A stretch of DNA of 64,000 bases from Laetmonice hystrix (taxonomy: Eukaryota): positions 31,126,001-31,190,000 of the forward strand of contig OZ249436.1 of NCBI GenBank assembly GCA_965235115.1, written 5' to 3'. The stretch's first letter is position 1. The number at the start of each line of letters is the position of its first letter. Position numbers and translations under genes: made by a program. A model generated the notes under the pieces. It was not told the DNA's origin, did no database searches, and saw only the letters and a list, made by a program, of their open reading frames with translations. Positions 1 through 13,052 of this stretch are shown here, piece after piece.

Positions 1-595
1 CTCGCAAACTTCTCCAGGGGCTACGCCCCCCCTAACTAAGAATCCCGGATCCGGCCCTGCAGGGGGCGTACCATATACACACACACGTGACCGTATACGT
101 CACAAAATTACCTCAGCGTCATACCTGCATGGGCGAAACTGTCTAAATCCAATGTTCCACTGTCAGTAGAGTAGCATGGTCACACCCTAGCCCTATAGAC
201 TCTGATATCGCCGGAATCTCGGCGTATATCGTAATCTGACCTGCGTGGAAGGATGGCCTTCCTAAGTATAGAAATTGCTAAGTTGAACAGAACGTATAGG
301 CCTATCCCCTTTTCGGGGTTGTACAGTTAGCAAATGACGGCTTATTTGTTTAAAGGTAGGTGTGCGTGATATTGCCTATTGCTGATAACACATTTTCACT
401 GACATCTAAATTTCGCGCCACCACATTTTACGCAATTTGAGCAAAAATAACCGCAAATAACCCCAATCCACAGTATATTTATACAGTAAAACCTTCATGT
501 AATGAACACTTTTGGAACTGAGAAAAACTGTGCATTATACATGGAGGTACAGGCCCGTACGCAGGATTTCTTTTTTTTTTTTGGGGGGGGGGAGC

Positions 596-1157
596 AAATG
601 TGGCACCGTCCTCGCATACCCACGAAATGTGGCACGGTCCTCGCATACCCACGAAATGTGGCACCGTCCTCGCATACCCACCAAATGTGGCACGGTCCTC
701 GCATACCCACCAAATGTGGCACCGTCCTCGCATACCCACCAAATGTGGCACCGTCCTCGCATACCCACCAAATGTGGCACCGTCCTCGCATACCCACCAA
801 ATGTGGCACCGTCCTCGCATACCCACCAAATGTGGCACCGTTCTCGCATACCCACCAAATGTGGCACCGTCCTCGCATACCCACCAAATGTGGCACCGTC
901 CTCGCATACCCACCAAATGTGGCACCGTCCTCGCATACCCACCAAATGTGGCACCGTCCTCGCATACCCACCAAATGTGACACCGTCCTCGCATACCCAC
1001 CAAATGTGGCACCGTCCTCACATACCCACCAAATGTGGCACCGTCCTCGCATACCCACCAAATGTGGCACCGTCCTCGCATACCCACCAAATGTGACACC
1101 GTCCTCGCATACCCACCAAATGTGGCACCGTCCTCACATACCCACCAAATGTGGCAC
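596..1157. repeat. 29-bp minisatellite (AAATGTGGCACCGTCCTCGCATACCCACC), ~19 copies
   Basis: Near-identical head-to-tail units. Explains the 29-aa periodic ORFs in all six frames. Confidence 0.97.
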
Positions 1158-2237
1158 ATCACGTCAGTTGAGGATAATCGATGTGCACACCCATCACCTG
1201 TACCTGCACCCTGACCCTATACATAGCAACTACTTATCTCTCTTTGATCCTTCGAGACATTCAATCGAAGAACCGAGGATTCGTATCAAAACGTGCAATT
1301 ATCGACATATGTCGACAGTCTTGCGCCCTGTGTTCGCCTCCGTGAACCCTTTGTTCTCGTAACAGCAACGCTTTTGTTTTAATTTAATGAAGAAGAGATT
1401 TTACAAACTGTTGACTGTTAGCACGCCCCCAAAGCCGCGCACCCACCCACACACAAAACTCACATACCCTGAAAATGGATCCGCCATATAGAATAGTGAC
1501 AGTGACTAGTTTAGTCAACATCAGTGACTCTCGGAAAAAAGGACTAAATTCACTCGGGGTCTGGCGGTCAATGAAACCAAATAGAAGACGATTTTGAAAC
1601 TAAAGTAGCGTCTCATGGATTATCGGGTAGCACTACATCAGGTGTGACAGATAGTATAGGCCAATAGACAAAGGCGTACAACCATGCAGTCCGCCAGTCG
1701 ACTGTTCATTCATCTGCCTGGTTTTAATTTATAATACCGCTCTCTGACTAAATTTATACCGTAGTTCTAAACGTCATTGAACAAGTCGAATCCCGCAATG
1801 AATGACGTCGCTTTCCTGGAAGAAATGCACACAGCAACATTGTTAGATTTAGGAATCTCTGGTTATTAATATCGAGAGATCAACAACACTTACTAAGTTA
1901 TGAAACGTTATGTGTAAGCTTTATTGGTTCGACAAGGAAGGAGGAGTCTATACTGACACTTGCCGTAGAACGATCAAACACACATCATGTACTTCGAAAT
2001 CACTAAGGCTCTATTTACAGGTAATCTCTTTCACTTGCCTTAATCTTTTCGCTTCAACACCTATACGCTATATTTAACAACTCGAAAAGACTTCCTTAAG
2101 ATATGGGCTATTTGCAAAAGTGCATCAGTAGTTATATTTATATTTATTCAGCACGCCATGCTGCGATCGTTTCTCATGAGGTAAAAACTTTAAAAAACAT
2201 GAGGTAAAAACATTAATTTTAGAACTCCGGCACCAGT

Positions 2238-5200
2238 TCAATCGTCTTCCGTACTTCGACTTTTGTCTTTTGAAGCATGACTGGATACCTCACGCTCCTG
2301 AAACATTAAATAAACACAGCATTATATCTCACATCTATGTTAGCATTCTGAGGAAGAATCAGAATCTGGATCAGAAGAATCAGAATCAGAAAAAAAAGAA
2401 GAAAAAGAAGTTGATATTTTTCCTTTCTCCTAAATACACCCTATACTAAAATATCAGGGAATCACGAAGGAGTAGTTCTGGCCCGGAGATGTCGTACAGA
2501 TATAAATGCCTACCCGTTTGTCTATGATGTTCTCACTGAGAAGTTTGATCTCCAAGCTGTTCTTACAGAACATGAGCTCTTTCTGAAGTTTGCTGATGTT
2601 CCGGTTCATTTCCCGTTGCTGACGTTCAATTTTGGCGATTTCCTGGTTAGTCATGTCGCATACCCTAAACATAGTACATGTACATGTATGTAATATGGCT
2701 TACTTAATATAACCTATTTTAGCGACATCCGAGTTTATACATAAACTGATGACATTTATTATAGGACGTATCTCACGTATTTTTTTCAGACGTGCTTTAA
2801 ATGCTCCAGTACTACAGTGCTCCAGTAAAGGTGTTCTACCTTTGAAAGACTTTCCCACTGCTACAGCACTGATTTCGACTTACTTTTGATATTCCTTGCT
2901 GAGGGCCTCTGAGTTTGCCAAGGTTTCGTTGATGACCTGACGATAAGTTAATGATTGCGGCTTGTTAAAAGTTAAGGTCCTCTCTTGAACTAAAGTCTAA
3001 TAAAAATACATAAAATTAGTCGTTTGAGGATATTAAATTACTACTGTAATGTTTATTATTATGTCTTGAAATATATTAATACAGTTACACTGTATAAGCA
3101 ATAGTTTTAAAAAGGTTATAGAAGATATCTTTAATAAATGAGACGTAAAGGATATTGAAGTTTGCTAATTTCTGTGCGCCGCACGCGCCGTCCTGGTTGC
3201 GTGGGTCCCTTCAGGTTGCGCAGGCGGAGATAATGCGCCACCAGAGGGCTATGGCCCTTCAGGTTGAACAGCGTCCTCTCAAGTTCTGGTCCAGGCCCGA
3301 TCTGGTGGGACTGTATAACATTAACAAATAACAAGTTTGTCAATCGAAATGCAGCTGGTATTTCCTTACATTGCAGTAAGAAAACAACTCTTGTCAATAA
3401 CAAATTGGATAAAGAAGAAGTCAACATTTTGAATAGTGGGTGTGAACGTTTTAGCCTACACTGGGTAATATCATCAATAAATCATTGCCATGAGCGTATA
3501 TTTCGAACTATTCATTCAGCACGCCCCAGATTTGTTCATGATCAACGTACGTGGAAAACTTTGGGTGTGCCGCATTCGGCCTGCTGTGACACAGAGACAG
3601 CTGGGACTCCCGTAGATGGCAGGGCGAGCAGGCCGCCCACCCCTAGTACACCGCCCACACCGTTGGTGGCGCCACCACCGCTGCCACCGCTGGCGCCACC
3701 TGACGGGCGCTTAGTTACCGTGGTCGGCTCCCGTGACGGCGTCACAGACGACGTGCCAACGCGCGAACTGGATTCTCCTAACTTAGCTACAGTTCGCTTG
3801 AATTCTTCCACATCCAGGCTATAAACAACTGGTGACAGAAAACAACCAACGAATATTATTAATTTAGGACTTCCAAAAACCGGACAAGAACATGTCAAAA
3901 GACGGAATAAACCCTTCCACGACTAGACACCTACACATGGGTTCTCTAGAATCATAAATGAGTTCTAAATCAGCGCATAATGACTAGGGACATTTTATTT
4001 TCTACCAATGGTCACTCATAGACCCGGATTTATACCTCATTACTTATAATAATTGGTTCAGTACAACATTGAAGAACAGTATACCTTCCTTGTTCGTGTT
4101 CGCGCTATCCATCAAGTTTTTGGCTGCCTGTGTTTGGTTGTTCTCTGCCATCTTATACATCTTGGGTTCCAGACGTCGAATATCCCACTTCTGCCATTGT
4201 TGCGGTGGTGGGTGCATACCTTTAAAGTGGAAGAGCCTAACTAGTTGGTAACTATAAGGCAGTACCGGTAAGTAACTAAAGTCTATAGGTCAGAAATAGG
4301 GTCGAATTCTACTTTGGATCCTGCATTATATCGTGTTTTAAAATTTGAAAGATTAATTGATCAATTGCTATATTTTTCACCACAAGTCTTATTTCAACAG
4401 CACTGGGCTTGTACAACAGAAACACATAGTCCTTACCGTAATGTACATAATAATCGACTTGCAGCCATACTAATGTAACTTACTAACTAAAGCGCTGAAC
4501 CCACCAAGGCGATTCCCCTTGCGACGGCCATGCGGTTTTTGATTTAATGGTGGAATTTCACTCTGAAATTTTTCCTGGCTGGCCTTCTCCGTTTCAGGAA
4601 ATGGCTCCCATCCTTTAATCTCAAAATTACAGTAAAATAAAAGTGTGATGTCAAAACCGCATGGGCGTCGCAAGGGGAATCGCCTTGGTGGGTTCAGCAC
4701 TTTAAACTGCCCGTTTCTTTTAACTTAGATACGAACCTGTAATCCATTCTGAGGTGATATTTATGACTCGCGTTTTGAAGTCATCCTGGAAGGAGCGATC
4801 TGATTCCGGGAAAGATTCGCGAAATGCAGAAAACACAGCTTGTGCCAGGCAGTCACTGTACACCTATGTAAAAATCCAAAAGTACACGGGATGTTGAAAC
4901 AAAAGAACACCGAAAGGTATGTTAGGTGTGCAAGGATTAAAATTGTTTTAGTCAGGTCTGATCGAGTCTGAATTGAAACCCCTCAACAATGGATTTAATT
5001 GGTAGTTTGAGAACATCAGGTGTAAAGTTCTACACAACCAACATTTTACTTATGTATGACTGAACTCCAAGACCAGTGCAGACTCATGAACCTATAAAGT
5101 GCACCCCCTCCCCCAAAACTTATTCCCGAGCAAACACACCTGAAAGAATTTGTCCTTGATTTCTGGGTGAACACTCGTGAACAGAGCAACGAAACTGTCG

Positions 5201-7930
5201 GCGATACGGTCAAAGAGTCGGTCTTGGTCCTCACGGCTCTTAGTTGGCTGAGAGAATGGAAGATAATACGCGTACTGGTTCACAATATTAAGAGTGACTA
5301 CCTTGGTATTTTAAATATAATCTTAATATAAAGCAGAAACTTTGTAACCCTCTATATATCATGTTATTACTAGACTATAATAGGGTCTAAAATACTGTAG
5401 GCCTACTGTATAAGGACCATGATGAAACATGCTTGTATAGTCTCAAAGTGTTCAAAAAGTGTTCATGTTTAGAAAGTTGCTTTCAGTTACCTGGAATAAA
5501 TCGATAAATATCCACCAGAAGGTGTCTTGCATGATAGCTATGGACGCCTCCGACTGGAAGATTTTCTTCCAAAATTTCTTGAATCCCGCCTACGATTTAA
5601 AAATAAAGAAGACAATTTACTGCTAATCAAGAGGTAAAGCCACGTTTTAATTTTATATTTTTAGTGTACTCTCACTCTTAAAACTGATTTTCTTAATTCA
5701 TGTGAGTCAAAAGTTTCTTTGTTTGGACTTACATATTGGGCCCAGTTATTCAAACCTTTGGACTATGATATTGGGCCCCGTTATTCAAAACTTTGGACTT
5801 ACAGATTGGGCCCCATGATTCAAATACCTTTGGACTTACATATTGGGCCTCGTTACTTAAACCTTTGGACTTACATATTGGGCCCCGTTATTCAAACCTT
5901 TGGACGTACATATTGGGCTCCGTTATTTAAACCTTTGGATTTACACATTGGGCCCCGTTACAAACCTTTGGACTTACATATTGGGCCCCGTTACTTAAAC
6001 TTTGGACTTACATATTGGGCCCCGTTACTTAAACTTTGGACTTACATATTGGGCCCCGTTACTTAAACTTTGGACTTACATATTGGGCCCCATTAACCTT
6101 TGGACTTACATATTGGGCCCCGTTACAAACCTTTGGACTTACATATTGGGCCCCGTTACTTAAACCTTTCGACTTACATATTGGGCCCCGTTACTTAAAC
6201 CTTTCGACTTACATATTGGGCCCCGTTATTTAAACCTTATGTTCTTGCTTAATCTTTATGAGGTCAACATCTATTACAAGAAACTATATATTTTGATTTC
6301 TTTACAGTGAAACCAAGAGATGGACAATGGCAAAAATATATTTCCTTAATTATTCATGCGAAAGAAAGCTCAGCAGTTCTCAAGGAAATCTATTGCACTT
6401 TTCTTCTCACTTCACTGTTTCCTGCTCTACCCTTCTAAAGTTTTAGGATGTTAGTTGCCTTACATTGAAATCCTGTGCTTTGGTTACTCTATTCAGGATC
6501 TGCGGCGCTTCCAACTGTCCAGGTAACTCTGGTAGCTCTCCCTGGCGGAAACCAGGGAAAGTGCAGTGTTCAACACTACGCTTCTTTGTTTCCAACAAAG
6601 ATTCCTTGAAATCCTGTTGGTCAAAGAAATGAAGACAATGTATTTCTAGAGCAACAGTATACTTTTTCGACAAATATTCTGTATACTAGTAATTAATGTA
6701 CCAAACCAATAATATTTGCAATGAATTGATATACATGCGTATTCAAGGAATAATCCACAAATATGAATCACCATTCTCTTTTTGCTCTTTCTCGAGGGAT
6801 GTGCTCTGACGGCATCAGATTCTTGTATGTCTGTCATGAAGGCTGCGAAAAGAAGCACAATTCTTAAAATTATTACAGAGTTTCACAAATTTGAAAAAAA
6901 AAGTTACCAGCTATAAAAAGGGCAGTTCCAATAACTATTTGTGTCAAAAATAAGTGAAAAAATGTGCTTCTAGTAGTTCTGCATATTAATGAGACACACC
7001 TCTGCCCGTTGACGGTAGGTGTTTCTCAGATGTGTCCTCCGACTTTCCACATGCATGATCAGGGACCACGATTCGGGAGGCATACATCTGGAGGCTATCT
7101 TCTAATGCCTGTAGTCTGGTCTCCAGGTTCGTTAAGCACTTCATATCGACCGCTGGGTAGATCTAAGTCAAGTTAAACTTTTAAAGGGGCCCAATTGGAA
7201 GAATCACACTTTCAAATGGCTTTTGGATCTTTTGTAAGAAGTTAAATGGTTACCTGCTTCTATTTGATGTATCCACATTTCTTTTCAAAAGAGAGGGAAA
7301 GTTTTAAGTAGAGAGAGAGATGATGATGACATCGTCAAGGATACGTGTTGCCTCACGCAGTTCTTTCATGATGACGTCTTGTGATCCCATGAGATCCTTG
7401 TCTTCATCCACTCCCATGAACTTCTCGGATGTCAACCGTAAAGGCCACTCATTCTGAACATTAGAGAATCATATCATGAGAGGTGTTATGCACGTCAATC
7501 CCTTGCCTTTTATGTAAGTCACTGCAGATTACTATGTTATCATCTGTGTTCTCATTAACAAAAATATTCTTAAGATGTCACTCAGCTGACCGCAATATTC
7601 CCCACACTGAAAAACATTCTTTAAAAGTTATTTTGTACAAGTGATTTTGATATAATTTTTTAAGGGGGGGGGGGGGGCACGCATGCGCGGGTTCACATAA
7701 CTTTGATAACATAGGTCTCAGTCTGAGGATGAACTTCTATTTCGAATTCAACATGTGAGGCTGGAACTCACCAAATGTTCTGCCTTGATGAAGTCGTCCA
7801 GGGTCAGGGGTGGTTTGGGCGGCCGATCTCCATCCTCAACGACACCTTTCTTCCCTTCTGCCGGGTTTGACTCATCCTTGTTCAGTTTGGACATGATGGC
7901 CAAGATCCTGGGGTCACTTATATCATCCAT
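2238..7930 (-). CDS. FAM227B: FAM227B-like (FWWh-domain) protein, multi-exon
   Basis: Minus-strand exons translate to motifs I recognise from FAM227B: PPLTLDDFIK (7772-7930), NEWPLR (~7350-7453), SVEHCTFPGFRQGELPELPGQLEAPQIL (~6463-6646), FWKKIFQSEASIAIMQDTFWW (~5491-5590), REDQDRLFDRIADSFVALF..KDKFFQ (~5140-5247), VYSDCLAQAVFSAFRESFPES (~4737-4863), SHQIGPGPELERTLFNLKGHSPLVAHYL (~3160-3313), a coiled-coil exon (2514-2645) and a last exon 2238-2297 ending in TGA. Some internal boundaries are approximate. Confidence 0.88.
4491..4700. mobile_element. Palindromic MITE with AG..CT ends in (C/T)TAA flanks (Kolobok-like)
   Basis: ~50-bp inverted arms AGCGCTGAACCCACCAAGGCGATTCCCCTTGCGACG.. / ..CGTCGCAAGGGGAATCGCCTTGGTGGGTTCAGCACT, flanked by CTAA and TTAA. 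Confidence 0.75.
5722..6237. repeat. ~34-35-bp minisatellite (TTTGGACTTACATATTGGGCCCCGTTACTTAAACC), ~15 copies, intronic
   Basis: Direct tandem units with small indels. Confidence 0.95.
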
Positions 7931-8221
7931 GGTATGAACAAGACGCCAGACTCACAACTCAAACACAATGTAGACTTCACTTGTTGTCAGTTATCTCTGG
8001 AACATTATCTTTATGTGCTTCTTTCTACTGTTCGATCTCTGCTTGGCTTTCGGTAATCTTGTTCTTAGTTTTCTCTCCTTTCACATTAAAGCTTCATTTG
8101 TGTTCACTGGTGGGATGTTACTTGGATATCACTCTACAACATGTAAATTATATGAGATACACTGAATGGAAGAAACGCTGTACATGCTGAAATTGTGTCC
8201 TATTCTAAGTAGTTATGTTAA

Positions 8222-8568
8222 GGAATAGAAAAGTTCCTCACTAACGTACCTTTGAACACAAGTAACACCATATAAAGTACGTGTCTAAGGTCACACCGAT
8301 AAGTGGAACACTGTCAACGGCGACTTTTTAAAAATACCGCCCGGGTCATTCGCTATTTCCCACGCGAGACAGCGGGAGCTATATCTATTAATAGATTGAG
8401 AGAGGGCCAAATAGGGTAAACAAACCGACGAAGCCAGCGGGAGAATGTCTCTACATTTCGGTTGATTATTCCTTTATTAAAGATCAGATAATCACAGAAT
8501 TGTAGGTAAGAACAAGCTTGTTCATGCTGAACACCCTTATATTGATAGTTTGAACTTTTCTATTCCCT
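8222..8568. mobile_element. TTAA-flanked MITE inserted into a ~36-bp tandem repeat
   Basis: TIR GGAATAGAAAAGTTC / GAACTTTTCTATTCC with TTAA on both sides. The unit GCTGAAATTGTGTCCTATTCTAAGTAGTTATGTTAA occurs once on the left and twice on the right. Confidence 0.7.
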
Positions 8569-10779
8569 TTAAAGCTGAAGTTGTGTCCTATTCTAAGTAG
8601 TTATGTTAAAGCTGAAATTGTGTCCTATTCTAAATAGGGGTTATGTTAAAGTTAACTTAATTAAACTTAGTCTCTTAACCATTCAATTTAGGCATTTTAA
8701 AGTTAAGAATTGTGATGCTTGCAAGTCAAAACTAGTATAAAAGTATTGTACTCTCATTGCATTGGTTTAAAGATCGAAGATAAGCTGTACACACAATGTA
8801 AAAGGTATGTTCAAAAAAAGATATTATTGAATTATTCACTTAAATAGTCATGAATGATGTTACAACCTATGGCTATGCAGCCAGTGAATATTGTTTACAT
8901 AGATCTTCTATATGTTTTTAACCCTTTCCAGTCTGGCCCAGTACCCTGCCAGGGGGCTGGGGGGTTTTCACCAGAAATTCCACAAAAAATTCACAAAACT
9001 TTGATATAATTGGAAACATGTTAGACTTTCAAAATAAATTATCATTTTGGAACGTGTTTGACCATTAGCCTTTGACCATTCAGCCCAGAATGATGGTTTC
9101 TTATCCCGTATGTGATACAGGAAATCATCATGCATTGCAACAAAAGTTAGCATTATAGCATCGCCACATCTGTTGAAAACACCGACATGCACGTCTACAG
9201 ACTAGGCTACACGTAACCTACCTGGAAGGCTGGATGGAATCTGTGACCTGTATCATTAAATAGTTAGATGTAATAAATGTTTAGGTCAGCAGGACAGAAT
9301 CATGAATCAGGAAGTCATGAGATACAAGTTATGGTTAATTTTCTTGAAGGTGGCGTACTGTAGATCATCTAGCTTCAAATTGTATTTTATCAAACCGGGC
9401 CCAGTCTAAACGGTGTAGTTTTATCTAGTGGAGAGTCAACGGCTCACAGTAACACTATAACTATAAGTATAACACAGTTACACTAACTTTTACAGTACAG
9501 TAACACCGGCCCCTACCCACACCTAGCTCTCCCCTGGCTGAGTGATACCTACTCAAAACCAGCACAGTAGGCCTACTCAGGAGGTCAAGTACAGTCATAG
9601 TTATACTCATTACTGATAGTGATACTCCCATAGCATAGACCATAGGCCATAGAGTCTAGGCCTACCACTGTGATTAGTGAGTGTAGGGGGAAGTACTGTA
9701 CTCAAGTTTGAGGCGGGCCGAGCCCGAGGAAGTGGCAGACACTGACTGGGACAGTGAGACTGAGTGAGAGAGAGCGGAGAGAGTACGAACTGTACGGTGC
9801 ACACAGTCTACAGACGTGTAAGTTAATAAGTAAGTATAATGTCAGTACTCCCAGGTGTTAGCCATTGATTCTCAATGACTTAAACCTGGATTCCTCGACT
9901 TACTTCAACTTGGTAGAGTTTCGATGCCCCGTTGTCAGGTACGCCCTAAAACTAGGTCAAGTAGGTCCCCGCGCCCTACAATAAAGAGACGTGAACCAGT
10001 CAGCAAGTGACCTATTTAATTAAGGTCTCACTACAGAGAGTATTATGACACGTGCTTGCAAAGTGACGTTCCAACTCATGGGGCAGATCTGTTCATATAT
10101 CATGATATCATCTAAGAGCAGCGTCTTTATGTGTTATCAGATTGTTCTCGCATACATTGGTCTCGTGAATGAAGTGATTGAGACTGAGTGTAACATCACT
10201 GACACTGATGCAGTGATGGCCTATCTCATTCTCACTGCCTGTGTCAGTGGGTGGTGTCCTAGCCAACTCGTCAGCTCTGTCTAGTGGTGTCCCTGCTTCA
10301 GTCAACACCCAAGGCCCAGGGCAGGAGTCCAGAGGCTGTCTACATGTAGTATCAGGCTTTAAACAGGACCAGCGTGTGACTGTCGAAACCCTCGATAACT
10401 GAAGTCCTAACCGGTCACTGCATGAGTATCAAACTTCAAACTCAAGTCAAAGACAAAGAGTGGCTCAGGCTCAGCAACACATCAACGATAGCTTCGCTCA
10501 GTTGATTTTTATAACTGGAAGGAGGCCTAATTAAGGTAATTGTGCATCGGATTTAACTTTTCTTAGTGCTCAACGTAGCCCCACATGGCCGACACAATCT
10601 AGTTGCATACATGGTGACCATGATGATCAGATGGTGATCATGATTGATCATTGAAACAACCCTCCCCCCCCGTGGGATTTAATTGAATAAAGGTAGCCTA
10701 CTAATTACAGCTAGTGGTGGATATGAGGGGGGGTACTGGGGTTGCAACTTCAAACCAAACACACCCCCCCCCCCCCCAC

Positions 10780-11965
10780 TGTTACGGCATATATTGTCGC
10801 CATGCATATTTTGTCGCCGGCGACAATATATATGCCAATGATATGTCCATGGCATATATTGTCGCTGCCACATAATGTCACCGGCATATATTGTCGCCAG
10901 CGACAATATGCAGAGAAATACAACACATATTGTCGATACACAGTTCCAGGCAGCGCAATTTGCAAATAGGGTGTTTGCAATGGGTAGGGTTCACTAGTCT
11001 AAGGGTTCACTGGTCCGAAGTGGTAACCCTAAAACCAAATATCAATAACCCTAAACCTAACTTTAACACTAAGCCTGTCGGACTAACGCCCCCCACCCCA
11101 AGTAAATGCCCCATTTTGCCCCATGTTCCCCTGCCATTGCCAACTGCTAACTTTGGACTAGTGAACCCTTGGACTTGTAAGTGGTTCGCGATTGGGGTTC
11201 ATCAAGTTCCAAATTTACCCGGCCAATTTAAAAAGGCAAACCAGCAGATACGGGTGCTACCTGTACGCCCCTCGATTAGGGTTAAGGTCTATTTGAATTA
11301 ACGCCCCACCCCACCCTCTCTCTCTTCCACACACTTCTCTTCCACAATGATCACCGACAACCGTACAGTAACCGGCGCTGGCGACAATATGCCAATGTCC
11401 ATGGCACATATTGTCGCCGGTGCAGTCCGCTATAGGGCGCCGAAGTCTCGCGGCACGGTTATGGATTTTCTGGATAGGAGGTGCAAATGGAGCGTCAATG
11501 TTGACACCCAAATGTTACGTCACAAATTTCCCATTGCTTTAACATAGGAGAAGAGACATCGTTCCAAAGATCGGCCTAGTCTTGAAGAGTTTCGTGTTCT
11601 TATGTCCTATCAAAATTATCTATTCAAGCATACAACAGGTTGATACAAATATCTGGGAAGGTTTCATTACAAAGGACAGCATAATTACAGAGAAATCACA
11701 AGTTGAAGTTGGCAGTCGCCGTTCCCTATGGGCGGCGCAATGCTAAACAAGCGTGAGCGATAATGAAGTGTCACCAAAACAGACTTTTATCGCGTTGTAA
11801 CGCAAGATCTTGTGACCTACTTCGGCTCCCTATATGGACCAACTCTCCCGGCACATATTGTCGCCGGCGACAATATGTGAAAATGGGCGGCAATATATGC
11901 CATGAACGTTGTTATATATTGTCACCGGCGACAATATATGCACGGCGACAATATATGCCGTAACA
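10780..11965. mobile_element. Non-autonomous TIR element with TGT..ACA ends (Ginger-like termini) and many ATATTGTCGCC/GGCGACAATAT subterminal repeats
   Basis: Left end TGTTACGGCATATATTGTCGCC, right end GGCGACAATATATGCCGTAACA. Flanked by C-runs, so the TSD is ambiguous. The superfamily call rests on the termini only. Confidence 0.7.
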
Positions 11966-13052
11966 CCCCTCCCGCCCCCCCCCCCCCCCCCCCCCCCCGG
12001 AACAAACTTGAATCTCTGCCTCTAGTTGGTATCGCATCACTTGTACACATATTATACACCTTGCTGGTGCAGCTAAGCAATCTGATTGGTTTATTGACGC
12101 TTTTCTTTGTCCCATAAACTGGATAGTTGACTCGCCGCCATCCAATATTTCTGCAATTGTACAGACTTACGGTAGTTATCTAATATTACATTTCTGTCCA
12201 AGAGGTGGATAATCATAATGGAACAAGTGAATAAAAGTAGAATCGATAATATATTCATGGATGAGGAAAAGGTCAAGCATGAGAAACTTTGACATTTGTG
12301 GGAAACAGAAATATACAGGAGACATTACAAAAGAAGGGTTTGAATTATATGATGCAGCTTATTGGACTATTGTTTTTGGTAGAAGTGTGAGAATTTTTGA
12401 AGAGATGAGGTTTTATTCATTTTAGATGATATATATGTTTAAATTGACTAGATTTTAAGATTTAAGGAATCTTATCTGTATTTTATTGCCATTCTATGTC
12501 TTTTGGAATGTAGAATATTATTATATTTTTCAGGAATAGATAACAGGGATGTCAAATCTTTGGTTGTAGTTCTTTATGCCTTGGCTAGATAACGGAGTTG
12601 AGATTGTCCAGGACAATACTAAATTGACCTGCGTGATATCTCCTTAACCTCCTTACACTCTTCTGTGGTCTGGATTTCTTGAAATTTATGTTGTGTTCAG
12701 CTCAAACTATGATTGCACTCTTACATCATAATGTTATCTAGCAGATAGTGTAAGGAGCTGTACATGAAATTTGCATGTATTTTTTTGCACACTTCTTTTT
12801 TTTGCAGTGGCACTGCTAAATTCTTAGAACTTTGACAAATCATGTATACATTTGTATGGGACACCCTGTATATAGTATATATCTGATAACCACACATACT
12901 TATAGATCATACTAGAAGGACCTGTAATGTCATGGGTACAGAGCATGCATCTCTTCATTTCCCCTAGCTACTTGATGCAAACTCTTTATCTACACGTATC
13001 AGACAGGTTAGAGGAGATACTGTACAAATGACAGGCCACTGACGACTTGACC

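Noticed and set aside
479..1362. Long ORFs in all six frames
   Set aside because: They come from a stop-free 29-bp minisatellite and have no domain content.
3264..3824. 186-aa plus-strand ORF
   Set aside because: Antisense to FAM227B exons and introns, and low complexity.
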